Part shown: piece after piece, positions 23,701 through 35,800 of the stretch
Layout: each line of letters begins with the position of its first letter
How positions within the stretch are numbered: position 1 is the stretch's first letter
DNA from: Adineta vaga
Taxonomy: Eukaryota > Animalia > Rotifera
NCBI GenBank assembly: GCA_021613535.1
Contig: CP075492.1
Coordinates: 19,840,001-19,904,000 of the forward strand
Direction: 5' to 3'
DNA: 64,000 nt
The notes under the pieces: generated by a model
Database searches by the model: none
What the model saw: the letters and a program-made list of their open reading frames with translations, nothing else
Told to the model about the DNA's origin: nothing
Position numbers and translations under genes: made by a program

Positions 23701-24737
23701 AGAGAACCCTCAAATGTGTGTAACTTCGATTACCTTCATTCGTCTATCATTGGATACAGGACGTGAGGATCGTAAAAAGCCTAAAAAGATTTGACCAGAG
23801 AGAATTTTCTCGAAAGGTTAAGACCATTTTCTTGCTTTTCTCAGTGAAATTCGCCAACAATTAAAAATCTTATGACGAACTCAAACACATCGTACATATT
23901 TGAAATTTTTTGCAGTACAAGCTCACATATACAACTCGTTAGCTAAAGAATTCTAGATTGTTTGACATTTCATTCTTGAGTTACAGATTATTAACTCAAC
24001 TTGAAAAAGTACAACGCTACAATTGATTACAGTGCTGTTTTTCTCTTAGGTTTAGATCCGTTTTTAATCTTATCTTTTAATAAGAAAAGGTCCCTGACAA
24101 GTTCGGTCAATGAAAAAACTCTTTGACTTTCGATAGAGATGTGCCGTCATGCGACCACTACTTTGAGAAAAACGCGCAACTATTTTTTTCAATAACGTAA
24201 ATATATAGCGACGACCGTACTTTGTGGAAGAAATCGAAAACATGAATATTTGATTATTTGAAGTTTCAACCATTCAATAATCGAAGAACTGAATAATTGA
24301 TGAGATAAAATATTAGAATAATTAAATTCAAGTTTCGACTTTGACACAACTGAAGTGTGGTTATGGGTATTATTAGATAGACGACGAACTATTTTGTACA
24401 ATATTTGGTTTCATCTTAACTCCGAAGCTTTCACACCAAGATCAGATTTCTTGAGACTACGGAATTCATATTTTTGCATGCTTAGCAGAAATCATCTGAG
24501 TCAAGAATCAAATACCTAAACATTCCAAAATTTTCTGGTTAATCAGCAACGTGTATGAGTTTATAGTGCCGAAAATTTTAAGTATGTACAGTCTTTTATG
24601 ACCGAGTTGTAAAGTTTCCAGTTAATTATTCAAGATCTCTGTATTCAAATGATTCTAGGCTTTTTACGATCCCGATATCCGTTGTCGAACGATGTATGAG
24701 TGAAGGATTCGGAGTTCGACAGCTCCAGTGGTTCCCC
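23701..24737. mobile_element. Old MITE with long degenerate TIRs
   Basis: Perfect inverted core GGATCGTAAAAAGCCTA (~23768 / ~24672) extending outward as ~80 bp of patchy inverted similarity. Confidence 0.65.
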
Positions 24738-26373
24738 GGTAAGAGTATTTCTACGTAGACCTAAAAAAAGTTATTAAGTTGTCTCTGCATAGCACTTTGA
24801 CAGTTAATAACGACACTCCTGAATACCTCTAAGATAACTGATACTATGCTGATACGATATCTATATGCCAAACTACGGACTCTAAGTTGACTGGTTCATT
24901 TTTTTTTCATATGAAGTGAACCACATTTCTTTGGTTAGCATGTTTGCCTCACTTCCTATGACCTTCTTACTGTAGTTAAATAAGCAAAACAACTAGTGTC
25001 TTTTAATGGAAATTTAAGGTTTTTTTCTGTTCTATTCTGTCATCATAGAATCAATATATAAAAATACCGCCGTACGCTGACTGAGAAGAACCATTTCAAT
25101 GCGCACTGTTTCGTTCTATTTTTTTAATTGTGTACATGACGACAAATACATTTAAGAAAAAAGTATTTTTCATTTTTCTCTCTACAACAATAATCGACCA
25201 TCTTACAAAATAAAACCGTAGATGATACTGAAAAAGTAGGTACCATACGAAATCGAAAAGAAATTTCGAGAGTTCAAACCATTTTGAAACTCTTCTTTCT
25301 CTCGAATTAAGTTGCATCAAACTGCAACCAAATAACTTCTAAAGTTTTATTAAAAATTAATTTTAAATTCGTCTGGATATGTGAACGAGAAAATATTCAT
25401 TTTGTTCTTCTTGAACATTATTTTTATGTGTAACGTTTTGCTTATCTTCTGATCTTCTAATGATGCTTGTTGGGAGACCAGAATTTCGATGATTTTTCGA
25501 GCAGAACTCAGTAGTTGTGACTGGGGTGTTCTGCTTACGACTACGAAGTACACGCATAAGGCATTTAAATATGACTGTTTAAAGCATTGCATCACGTGGC
25601 TTCAGACTCGGACCGAAAAGGCCTTGGATCGAAATTCAGCTAAACCGTAATGGATGTCTTCCAATTGCATGAATTTTTTCGAGATACTTAATATTTTCAG
25701 GTAGAATCGACATCCATATGATTGTTATAGACAAGTTATTATTAGAATTTGTCGATCATCTTCTCTCGTTCCTTATTTGCAACTTCTGAATACTGAGGAA
25801 ATTTTTGACGAGTTATTACCCAAAGAATTGAAAATTGCAATCAATGTGATAATTAACGGTGATTATATGAAGGGTTTACACGTGTAGCTATTATCTTAAC
25901 GGTAGCGTACAATGTCTTATAAGTATTTATCTGCAAAAAAGGAAAATTTTCAATAGTGACTCACTCTTATGCTTCACCAAGATTATTCAATATAATTAGA
26001 TCATCTATCTCCCACGTCCTTTTTTTAGGGTCCTTTCAGATAAGTATGAAAATATAGCTACTTAACGACCTTAGTCAGACTTTTCGGATTACAATAAATA
26101 TTTAAGAGCAGGTTTTATTTTGATAGTACAATTAAGATTCTGCAGTCAATAAGTGATCAGCAGGAATATACTACTATACTGTCCTTTTCCCAACTTACCG
26201 TGATCAATCAGATAAACGAGTAGAACATAACGATGACAAAATATTTTCCAAGAGACTTTTTAATATGATAATACTATGATATTTAACTTCTTGTCACAAA
26301 CATATCTTCCATAACAGATACATCAGTACCTTCACTAGAACGAACTCTAAAAATTAAATACTTCTATCTAGAA

Positions 26374-26625
26374 ATGGGATCATGCATTAGAAAAACAACC
26401 GGTACGACAAAACAACACCCGTGTGGTGGCAATCCCTGTCCTCGTTGTGGAAAATGCACTGATTGGACTTATGATGGTGATTTAAAGGGTGCTATGGAGC
26501 ATTGGATGCGTGGCGAATCTGATGAAATAACTGATCAGAAGCGTTGGCATCGTCATCCTGGTGCAACATGTGCTTATATTGCTATTCGTGCTCGTCGCAC
26601 TGATCATGTCTGTCAATGCGATTGA
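26374..26625 (+). CDS. Small Cys/His-rich protein (83 aa), unknown function
   Basis: Good start context (GAAATGG), MGSC N-terminus, HPCGGNPCPRCGKCTDW, WHRHPGATC, CQCD*. More GC-rich than flanks; AATAAA at ~26743. Confidence 0.7.
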   Translation: MGSCIRKTTGTTKQHPCGGNPCPRCGKCTDWTYDGDLKGAMEHWMRGESDEITDQKRWHRHPGATCAYIAIRARRTDHVCQCD

Positions 26626-28280
26626 TAGCAAACATGTTTGTTCTATTTTGGCGTTTACCCTTTGACCTTGATGGTCTCAAAGGGACAATTGCTGGACAAC
26701 AGATATATCTGATATAATATTTATTGAAAAGAAAAATATGAAATAAAGATAAACATACCATTATGTAAGAGTAAAGCATAGACAAGTCGCTGCTCAGAAG
26801 GGGTGGCCATGAAAACAGAGATTTATGAGGTGAGGAAATGTTGAAGTTTAAAAATAAGAAGCTCGAGATTCTAGAATATCACGGAAAATTAAGCAAGCCA
26901 TCTAATATCGTCTTTGATAATAAGGACTACGGAGTTCGACGTAATGACGTACTTTCGAACTTGATCGGTTGGAATTCAATCAGGATCGTGCTACTGATAG
27001 ATACCCGTCCTGAGACTAAGCAAGTTTTTGTAGATATTTTGTTTAGTACACATAATACAGATAATCTATTGTACGTTTGTTATAGGCGAAGGCGAAGAAT
27101 ACGCCAGTTAGAAGAGGATACAGTTCATAAATCCATGTGATAAAAGATATCACAAATATTAATAAAAGAGTTCGACGAAGAGATGTTGGTGTATAGCAAG
27201 GAATATTTCGATGTTCTAAGTTGACGAGTGTTTACATAAATAATGCGTGGCAAAGAAGAATTCAGATTGTAACATTTTAATGCTGACTGTTTGGGTCAGT
27301 TAGCTGAAATATTTATAGAGGAAGACGTAATCGCAATTCTCAATGTATCAATATTCAATATGTGAACTCATCTTGTTTTATGCAGCTTTAAGGTAAAACG
27401 TAATTGTACAATGAATTCAAGAAGATGAGGTTAAGTGATTTTTGTTCAACATTTATCAATGGACGTTTCGATTGCTATATCAATGTTGCTGTTTGTATGA
27501 AAAGGGTTTAATATATAGCTTTCATTCTTCATTATTTTAGCTGTGATTTAAGATAGGCATAAATAAGGATAGTTTGATGGCCAGCGATTTTTCTGAGTTA
27601 ATATAGAAAAATAAATAACTCAGCATTTACAACTCAGGCGGGGCCTAGAAAAGTTGATATTCTGCTGATATAATGCGGATTTCAATAACCAATTTGTTGT
27701 TTACATCTGCTCTTTGAGAATGAACTACTAATCAGTCGTATTTCCATTTCGTTATTAATCGAGAATTCGGTGAAATATTAACCATGAACCAAAGAAAAGA
27801 TGCCTTTATCTCGGGAAAACAATCAAAGAGCTTCGCCGCATAAGCTAAGTCGAAGTAGTACTCATTTGCTTTCAGCTATCAATCAAACTGTCAGCTAATG
27901 TAACAGTGGAATTAAACATAAGAGAGCAATGAATATAATGAATCAAGTGTCGAGCAACAGAGCAAGTTGAGACGCCACAGCGTATGCATTGTTCGTACAG
28001 ATGTTGTGAAGTAAGTGCATTGGGACTACGCACCGTCGACCCGACTCTAACCACCCTTTAGTACGCACGCTGACAATCTACAACACTACTGCCACACATA
28101 TCAGAAGTATTGCTGTCCCTCCAGTGCCACAATTTCTCGACAATTTGAACATAATCCCCATCATTGATTCGTTTCATGTTGATGAAACAAATAGCAATAT
28201 GAAGGTGAGATTGCGGATCAGGGTGTTGATGTTTGACTTCATATTCAGAAGAAGAAGATCGAATCGACAGAGTCGCCAAC

Positions 28281-28813
28281 TGTGACGATTTCTGATGATA
28301 GAGATGAGAAGTAGTATTTGTATTCTTTTATTTCATCCAAAGAAATCGTACCTATACTGTATTTCCCTCATCCTTATATAGTTCTCGGTACATACAGTAT
28401 TACGCCACAGAAAAATATCAAACTCCATAGATAATATGTAAAATCTATTGCTATCATTACATGAGATTATAGGTCAAAGAAGCATGCGATCAAAGTTCGC
28501 TCTAGAGGAAGATAATCTATGTCAAGCATGAGGGGAAGTCGAAACATTTTATGCATAAGAGTAGAACTATCATATGGATATCATATGAATGTCACACCAT
28601 AGAAATATATAAGGAAAGAGAACATGAGTATATCGATATCTCTCCGTTGGGTACATACGAGGTTAATATCTAAGTGTAAACAGGAAGTAGGAAAATAGAG
28701 GATGATCGTTTAGCTCGTCTACACAAGAGAAGAAGGGAGAAATGCACTCCCACGACAAATATCGTAATGTATGAGAAGCAGAAAGATAGTGTACAATCAT
28801 TTAGATTGTCACA
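28281..28813 (-). mobile_element. LTR (533 bp) of a truncated LTR retrotransposon
   Basis: On the minus strand TGTGAC...GTCACA termini, internal TATATAAGG and AATAAA, followed after 2 nt by PBS-like TGGCGACTCTG (28278-28268). Decayed internal sequence runs toward ~27870; no second LTR. Confidence 0.85.
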
Positions 28814-31659
28814 TTAAGTGGTTTTTAGAAGAAGCAATATACAATTGGATGATCTGTACACTTGGAAGAAGTGCAGGAATATTTAAACGTAAGAAATCGT
28901 ATGTTGTACGACCTCCAAGAATATAAACACTAGCTGCAAACTGTCGAATAGTATTATCATAACGATAACCTCGTTCACCACTGATTAAATTGTTAAATAT
29001 GGTCTTTAAAATGATATTTAAAATTGTAAAGTCAATCTTGTTGGTCATAATCAATTTGGAATAAGTAATAATTATTCGAATAAATGGAAATTTTCCGAAA
29101 ATATCATCAGAAACTATGACACCAGACGAATCAGAAGAATTGCGAGAATTTTTATTAATCGAATACCGATGATTAAGAGTACGAAGAGATTACTGAGATA
29201 AATTCCTGCTTTTTTCTTCAATGAAATCAGGTCGTCGGAGTCAAGTTCTAAGAATATAAATATGTTATTGATTTCAAGAAAACATTCGACCGATGAAATA
29301 TCCTGTGCTTCCATAATTTCAATAGCCACATTACCATATTGTTCTTCGACCAAATTATAAAATTCATCGCCATGAAACGATAAAACTTCTTCTGTTAAAT
29401 TAGTAATGGATGAATCAGATAACATTTTCTAGAAAACAAAAACTATTAATAATCAAATGGCACTATTCAAAAGCTACATTTATAAGAAGGGCATTTAGTC
29501 TCATAATACTCTTTATACTTTCCATGAGGAAAAATTCTTCTAGTCGAATTATACTATTATCATACGATATTTTATTCTTTCAAAACAAGTTGTCAAGATT
29601 ATGATAGATCCTGATAATAAATTGCCAAGCATGTCGACTAATCTTTTAAAAAAATTCGAATTAAATAATAAATTTAGCATTTGAAACCAATTAATTTCAT
29701 AATGATTGAGGAATATAAAACAAGTCCCTTAGATAAATGATTAATAGGAACAATAAATAAATAAAAATGTATTTAGAAAATAATTTTAAAGTTTCTTTTT
29801 TTTCTTTGATACTGACGATTCGACTGTTCGATTTTGTTTTCCTTTTTCACTTAATGATGGAAGAGATGAATTTGCATTTGACATGGTACTGGTTTCTGCA
29901 TCGATATATTCGTTAACATCATTGTCATTGGAAATGGTATTTGTATTTGTATTTGTATTCTCATTAATGTTTGATAGTTGTTGTTGAACCATAGTGCATG
30001 GTTTTTGTATGTATTAAATGACGAATGAAGTTTGACAACTGAAATATAAAAATTTTGATGTATCAATACATAAAATGATCAACCCAGACTATAGACTGAT
30101 ATCAACAATCAAAGTTAATATTTCATTAATATTCTTATTCTATGTTGTTCATTAAGGCATCTATCTTTTCTATAAACAAAAGAAAGATTCTTGGTATTAC
30201 TTTCAATATATTTATTACTTTTTTTAAACCTAAAACCGACTTTACAACACATTGACATTTGATTACTACCTTGTTTGATATCAGATCGATTACACTTTGA
30301 TAGTCGACATCTTGTTTTATATAAAAAGCAGAATGATTTTTGTTTTTTTCCGATTTCTTACACCAGTCATCGATTAAATCAATTAAATGTTGTTTAAGTT
30401 TATCTTCACTTCCATAATTACTAAGAGTCGAAGACGAAAGATTATTCGATTCTTGAACAGACACTTGTGTCAGATGATTAACAGCGTTGTCAATTGAATT
30501 GTTCAGTGATGCACTACCTGTTCCATTAATATTAGAAGCTATGTTCGGTTTTTTAGACAATGTTCCTTTTAAAATCTTCATTTTACATGTCAAACCAGGT
30601 AGAATAACAAACTCGTTGCTTTTTAACTTTATACATGTTTGCTTTTGTAAGTCAAATAAATCATCTGAGTTCAATGTAAGAATTTCAAATGGATCGTCGC
30701 AAGCCAGAAGACATTGTGCATTACTAATATCTTGAAATTTAACAACACTTGCCAGTTTTTCACCTGCAAATAATTTCACAAATTCGAAGAAATAATTATC
30801 TTCTAGTTCTAATACATCATCTGGTAAAACAGGATTTTCGATAGACATGCTGAAAAATATTCAATAAATCAATACAAAATCATTGAAAGGAAATTGGATA
30901 CCAGGTTAACTTCGTTGAGTGATAGTTGAATCATGTTTTATATACGTGCAAAAGCACATAGCATTTGCTACTTTTCATGCTTCATCAAAAACATAGTTAT
31001 CAATAGAAATTCTTTAATAAGCATCAAACGAATTAAACTCAAGAAAACTTCCTTGTTTTCCATCTTTTTCATCTTAAAATATCTAGAAATTGAGCTCAAG
31101 GATGACAATCTCTCCATTTCAATTATATATTCAATAACTTCGAAAAATATTCATATATAGTAAAAAGAGCTATCATTGATATCTTTTGATTTTCTGTGAT
31201 TTCTCGTCGGAAAATCACATTTCTCCCACTTGGAATATAGTGAGTAATTTATTTAGTGACGCAGAGTAATAAACTTTTGCATATGGAATAATCAATGCTT
31301 ACTCGTAGAATGTTAAGATGATTATTCGATAGATAGTAAATTCTTGTCGGTAAAACAGAGTGATATACCTATCTACGCCAAACGTACTATAATATTTCCA
31401 AATAAGGATAATAAAATACCCTTATATGGAAAAAGGGTAATAATCAACTCATATTGGTTGCACCACCTACTCTTATCTCCATAAGAAACCCTCCTATACG
31501 AATTATATACCCTTTGAAATTTTATAAACGGAAAGTGTGATAAATGCTCAGCGTATTAAACCCTTCAAGGGTTCATTGGGTCTGTATCAACCCTTGAAAG
31601 GTTTATTGACAAAGTTTTTAAGGGCAAGAGTAGATTACTATGCTGATTTTTTTTCAGTG
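28814..31659 (-). mobile_element. Truncated DNA transposon with CACTG(A)n terminus and two ORFs sharing an N-terminal domain
   Basis: End reads CACTGAAAAAAAA on the minus strand (31659), subterminal palindrome at 31560-31602. ORFs 30848-30135 and 29425-29114 have similar N-termini; fragment 29054-28814 has FAASVYILGGRTTYDFLRLNIPALLPS, resembling P-element/THAP9-type transposase N-terminal motifs. Cut by the LTR. Confidence 0.6.
30135..30848 (-). CDS. Transposon accessory ORF (helical N-terminal domain, C.C near end; probably continues to ~29786)
   Basis: 237 aa ORF; LPDDVLEL....FFEFV...G......QDIS..CLL..D.F..L.L.SDDL..L pattern is repeated in the neighbouring ORF. Confidence 0.5.
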   Translation of the reverse strand: MSIENPVLPDDVLELEDNYFFEFVKLFAGEKLASVVKFQDISNAQCLLACDDPFEILTLNSDDLFDLQKQTCIKLKSNEFVILPGLTCKMKILKGTLSKKPNIASNINGTGSASLNNSIDNAVNHLTQVSVQESNNLSSSTLSNYGSEDKLKQHLIDLIDDWCKKSEKNKNHSAFYIKQDVDYQSVIDLISNKVVIKCQCVVKSVLGLKKVINILKVIPRIFLLFIEKIDALMNNIE

Positions 31660-32888
31660 TAGCCACACGTAGTTTTCCGATTATTTCCTGTATACTTTCC
31701 GTCACTGATTCCGGTATTAAAAAAAGCTACACGCATAAATCATTATGCGTGAATATGAATCAGATCGAGACTATCTCTCCCTAGAGTCTCGGTCTCGGTA
31801 CATCCCTCTATAAAACGTTTTGAAGGAATGAAAAGCAAATTGTTCTTTCCCTATATGTAAATATAGATATAAATGTTTTTCGATTTATACCGTTTCATAG
31901 AAGAAAAAAAGAAAATACACGAAGTAGTTTGATTGTTTTTATTCTGTAAACTATATGATGTCGAACACAGATTTCAATAATCCAGAAAAAATACTTTGAA
32001 AATGTTTTTTCATGTAATGGCAATTGCACATGTTCGAACAAAATATTTTCGTAAAAATTCAATAAAACGTTTTTGGCAGCCTCGATCGCATTCGTTCAAA
32101 CGCCGATGGATAGTGCAGCATCCACTCTACCTGAAAGAGAAATAATTTTTTTCCGATTTTCATTAAAAAATAGGGGAATACCCTTAAAGTCTACATTAAC
32201 AGAAATCTGATTTTTATCTTGTCTTAAATGTATCATGTATAGGATATTCGAAACAGAAGTTAATGTAACGAAAATATTGGAATAATTTAGTGAATATCTT
32301 GAGAAAAGACTTAAAAGAAGATGTATGCTTTTAACTGGTATCACGTTGTAAAGGAATCAGACAACTTGCATACATCATTATGAAATGGCAATTTTCTAAT
32401 TGATTTATTCCATAGGATGAGATTTGAATAAGTAATTCAGAGTCAAATCTAACAGAAGAATACATTTAAATTGGATGTGTATGAGTAGCAAATAGCAAAA
32501 GACGACAAAAGTGTACTGAATACGTTGGGTATATCATAGAGATATTGATCAATTGAAAAGTTAATGAAAAGAAAATCTGTTTTACATGATATATTATATT
32601 GATTAAATAATTTTTCCCAACACTTACCACCAATCATAGAAAATATTTTATGCATTCAGACTTTTTCTATATTAAAATCATTTATTTTGTTTTCATTCTG
32701 AGATGCAAAAACAGATCATGTGAAAATGAAATGACTATATGTATCATTAGACTGGAATTAGAAACAATAATGAATGAATAGTTCAAGCAAATCATGCTTT
32801 CAATGACGTAGACAAAGCAATATCCACAAATCATCACGCACAAAGCGGAATATGCAGAGTATTATCATACTAGCGTGCGTAATTTCAT

Positions 32889-35800
32889 TTATCTTTGTGA
32901 CTTACGTGCAGGAAGACCTTTCCATTGTGTGTTTGGTAGCAATAGATCATTTTTCATTACAAGTGTAAAAGGATAAAGTCGGTTGTTACCCATTAATTTA
33001 CAACCTGACATTACAACTGAGCCACTCATAAGAACACAGGCGTTGCCTATGGTAACAGGAACTAGTTTCAGAATACGTTGTTCGAAAGTGTGACACTGAA
33101 ATAGTTGTATAGAACAATAATATATAGAGAAAAAATGATAAGAAACGCATATATTACCACAATATGAGCATCCATATGAAGCCGAACATCATCTCCAATA
33201 GTCACCAAGTTGTAATCAAAAAGAGACGAAAGACTAGGTAAAATCACATTGTCGCCAATGTTCGCACCATATGCTCGAAATAATCGAATTAGCCATTGCG
33301 TATTGCCAAGCAATGAAGAAATCAAAATTTCGTGATCATCTTGTAGTTTTTCTATTATCTGTTTGATTGTTTGATTGTGTACACATGCTTTCCATCGAAA
33401 GAAACTGCAAACAATTATTGTATGAATGATTGATCCACCAACAAGCCCGCCAAAAAAATAGATACTTATGAGAAGACATTTACTAATATAATGAGAAAAA
33501 CATGTCTTCCAAAATGGAATAGTTTTAATTTGATCTTCTATCGCTTGTCTAAAAGGCATGTGAAATGGCATAGCACGAGCTGGAACGCCAATAAAAACAT
33601 CTCCGTTGTTGCTAATTGTTTCTCGAGTAATACGTGTTAAATTACCAACCATAGTATGAGATGCAAGATTACTACCCGGCAAAATTGAACATCCATTCGC
33701 AATGTTTGTATGAGATCCGAGCGTCATTTGATCTACACGATGGTCGCCTGAAAGCGTCATTTCACTAGGAACTAATAAGACATAACCAAAACTAGTGAAA
33801 CCTGTTTCGATTTTTAATAAATTTGTTGGATAGGACAAGAAGATGTCTATATGACGGAGTTTGACATCATCTTCAACGTGAGCACCTAGCCAACGAAGAA
33901 TAAAAGAATAAATATGATCGTATCCAGTTGGCAGTGACCAAGCATGACGAAAACTAGATACAATTAACTGGCGAAGCCACAGTTTATGTAAATATGACCA
34001 TGATGCCATTGAATATGTCTCACCAGCAATACAAGAACCGACTACAAATTTTAACAGGAAGAGAGTGACAAAACAAGCCATAATTGACCACAAAGTCCAG
34101 CAAAAAGCAATATTAATTGGTAACGGTATTTGTTCAACTGAATAAACTTTGTAAACAGTGATTAAAAATGCTCCATGAATACAAATAAGTGATATGAGCG
34201 CAATAACTTGGTAGATTTTGTGCCATATCGAAAATGATCTATTACTGTTTGTAATGAGAGTGTCGGATGGAACAGCTTCGTGTTCTTCACCATCAATAAT
34301 CGTTCGAGATGCAATAAAGCCAGTGACTGATGACATTGGTTGAACAATAACATTATCTTGTATATCAACTTCACCAGATAAAATCGAACGTGCACTGATT
34401 GAACAGTGGCAACCAATCTTAATTGAATGTAATGCAAAAGTATCATTATCATTGAAATACAAACAATTTAGAGTCGTGTTATCAGCAATATAAGTTTCAT
34501 CACCAATCTGTAACAACCATGGAGCATCAATAGTTACGCTATAAATATGTGCATTGAAACTAACTCGAGCACCACAAAGACATAGATAGCAATTGTACAA
34601 TGATGTACCAACAATATGTTGCAACCAAAACGCATTATTATTCCATAGTCGATTCAAAAACCACCAACGGTAATAGCTGCAAGAGAAAACATTGTCATTC
34701 TTGATGTTTTGTGGAAACAGTAGACGTGAACAGATGACATAGAAAAAAAGATGCAATACTGGCAGGATAGGGAAAAGAAATGGACACCATTGATGAATTA
34801 TCATAATTGGCCATAGCCATTGACAAACAAGAATTACAATACCAACCGATTCTATGACGAAAGAAGGTGCAAGGCGAATATATGAATCACCAGTCTGATT
34901 CTTCGTGGATGCTGTCTTTATTAATGGCTCACAAACCAATAAAGGTTCAACTACTTGAGCCAATTCTCGAATAGATGGATTTGCGAATAAAAGATCGATG
35001 TCTACTTTGTTCGAAACATGCTGTCGAATCAAACTGATTGCATGCATAGCATTCAAAGATGTTCCACCAAGACGACCAAAAGAAATATCAATATGAGGAG
35101 ACTCAACATGAAAAGCTTGACTAAAAATACATTGCAGTTGCTGCTCTAGTGCAGTGCGCGGCAAAACGCCGTCATGATTATTATGTGACGATAAAAAGTT
35201 AGGTGAAGGAAGAACTTTCCGATCTATTTTACCATTTGAATTCAATGGTAGTTTGTCAAGTATCATGAATATTGATGGAATCATGTGTGATGGTAAATAT
35301 GATTGACAATGTTGACGTAATTGTGTTTCATTCATATTATCAGAACTTTGAACATAAGCAACTAAATGATCATCACCCCATTTCATCACAATACACACAG
35401 AAATAGATGATATGTTAAGTAAACATCGTTCTATTTCACCAAGTTCAATACGTTGTCCATGTAATTTGATTTGATGATCTTTTCTTCCTTGATAATGAAG
35501 AAGACCATTACTATCCCTTTTGACGAGATCACCTGTTCGATAATATATTTCACTATCGATTTCAATAAATGCTTTTGATGTCAAATCATCACGTCCAAGA
35601 TAGCCAGCAAAGACACCAACTCCTCCTACAAACAATTCAGCTTCTTCATTGATCATCACATTTTGCAAGAATTCATCTAGAACTAGAGTTCGATAATTTG
35701 CAAGGGGTGCACCTATGGGAATGCTCTGTATATTGGATGATATGTTGATATCATAGAATGTGCAAGCAATAGTTGCTTCCGCTGGTCCATATAGATTCCA

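Noticed and set aside
31765-32660. GAGACC-repeat transposon-like end and short Leu-rich ORF fragments downstream of the NRPS
   Set aside because: Single end without a partner, and fragments too degenerate to assign.
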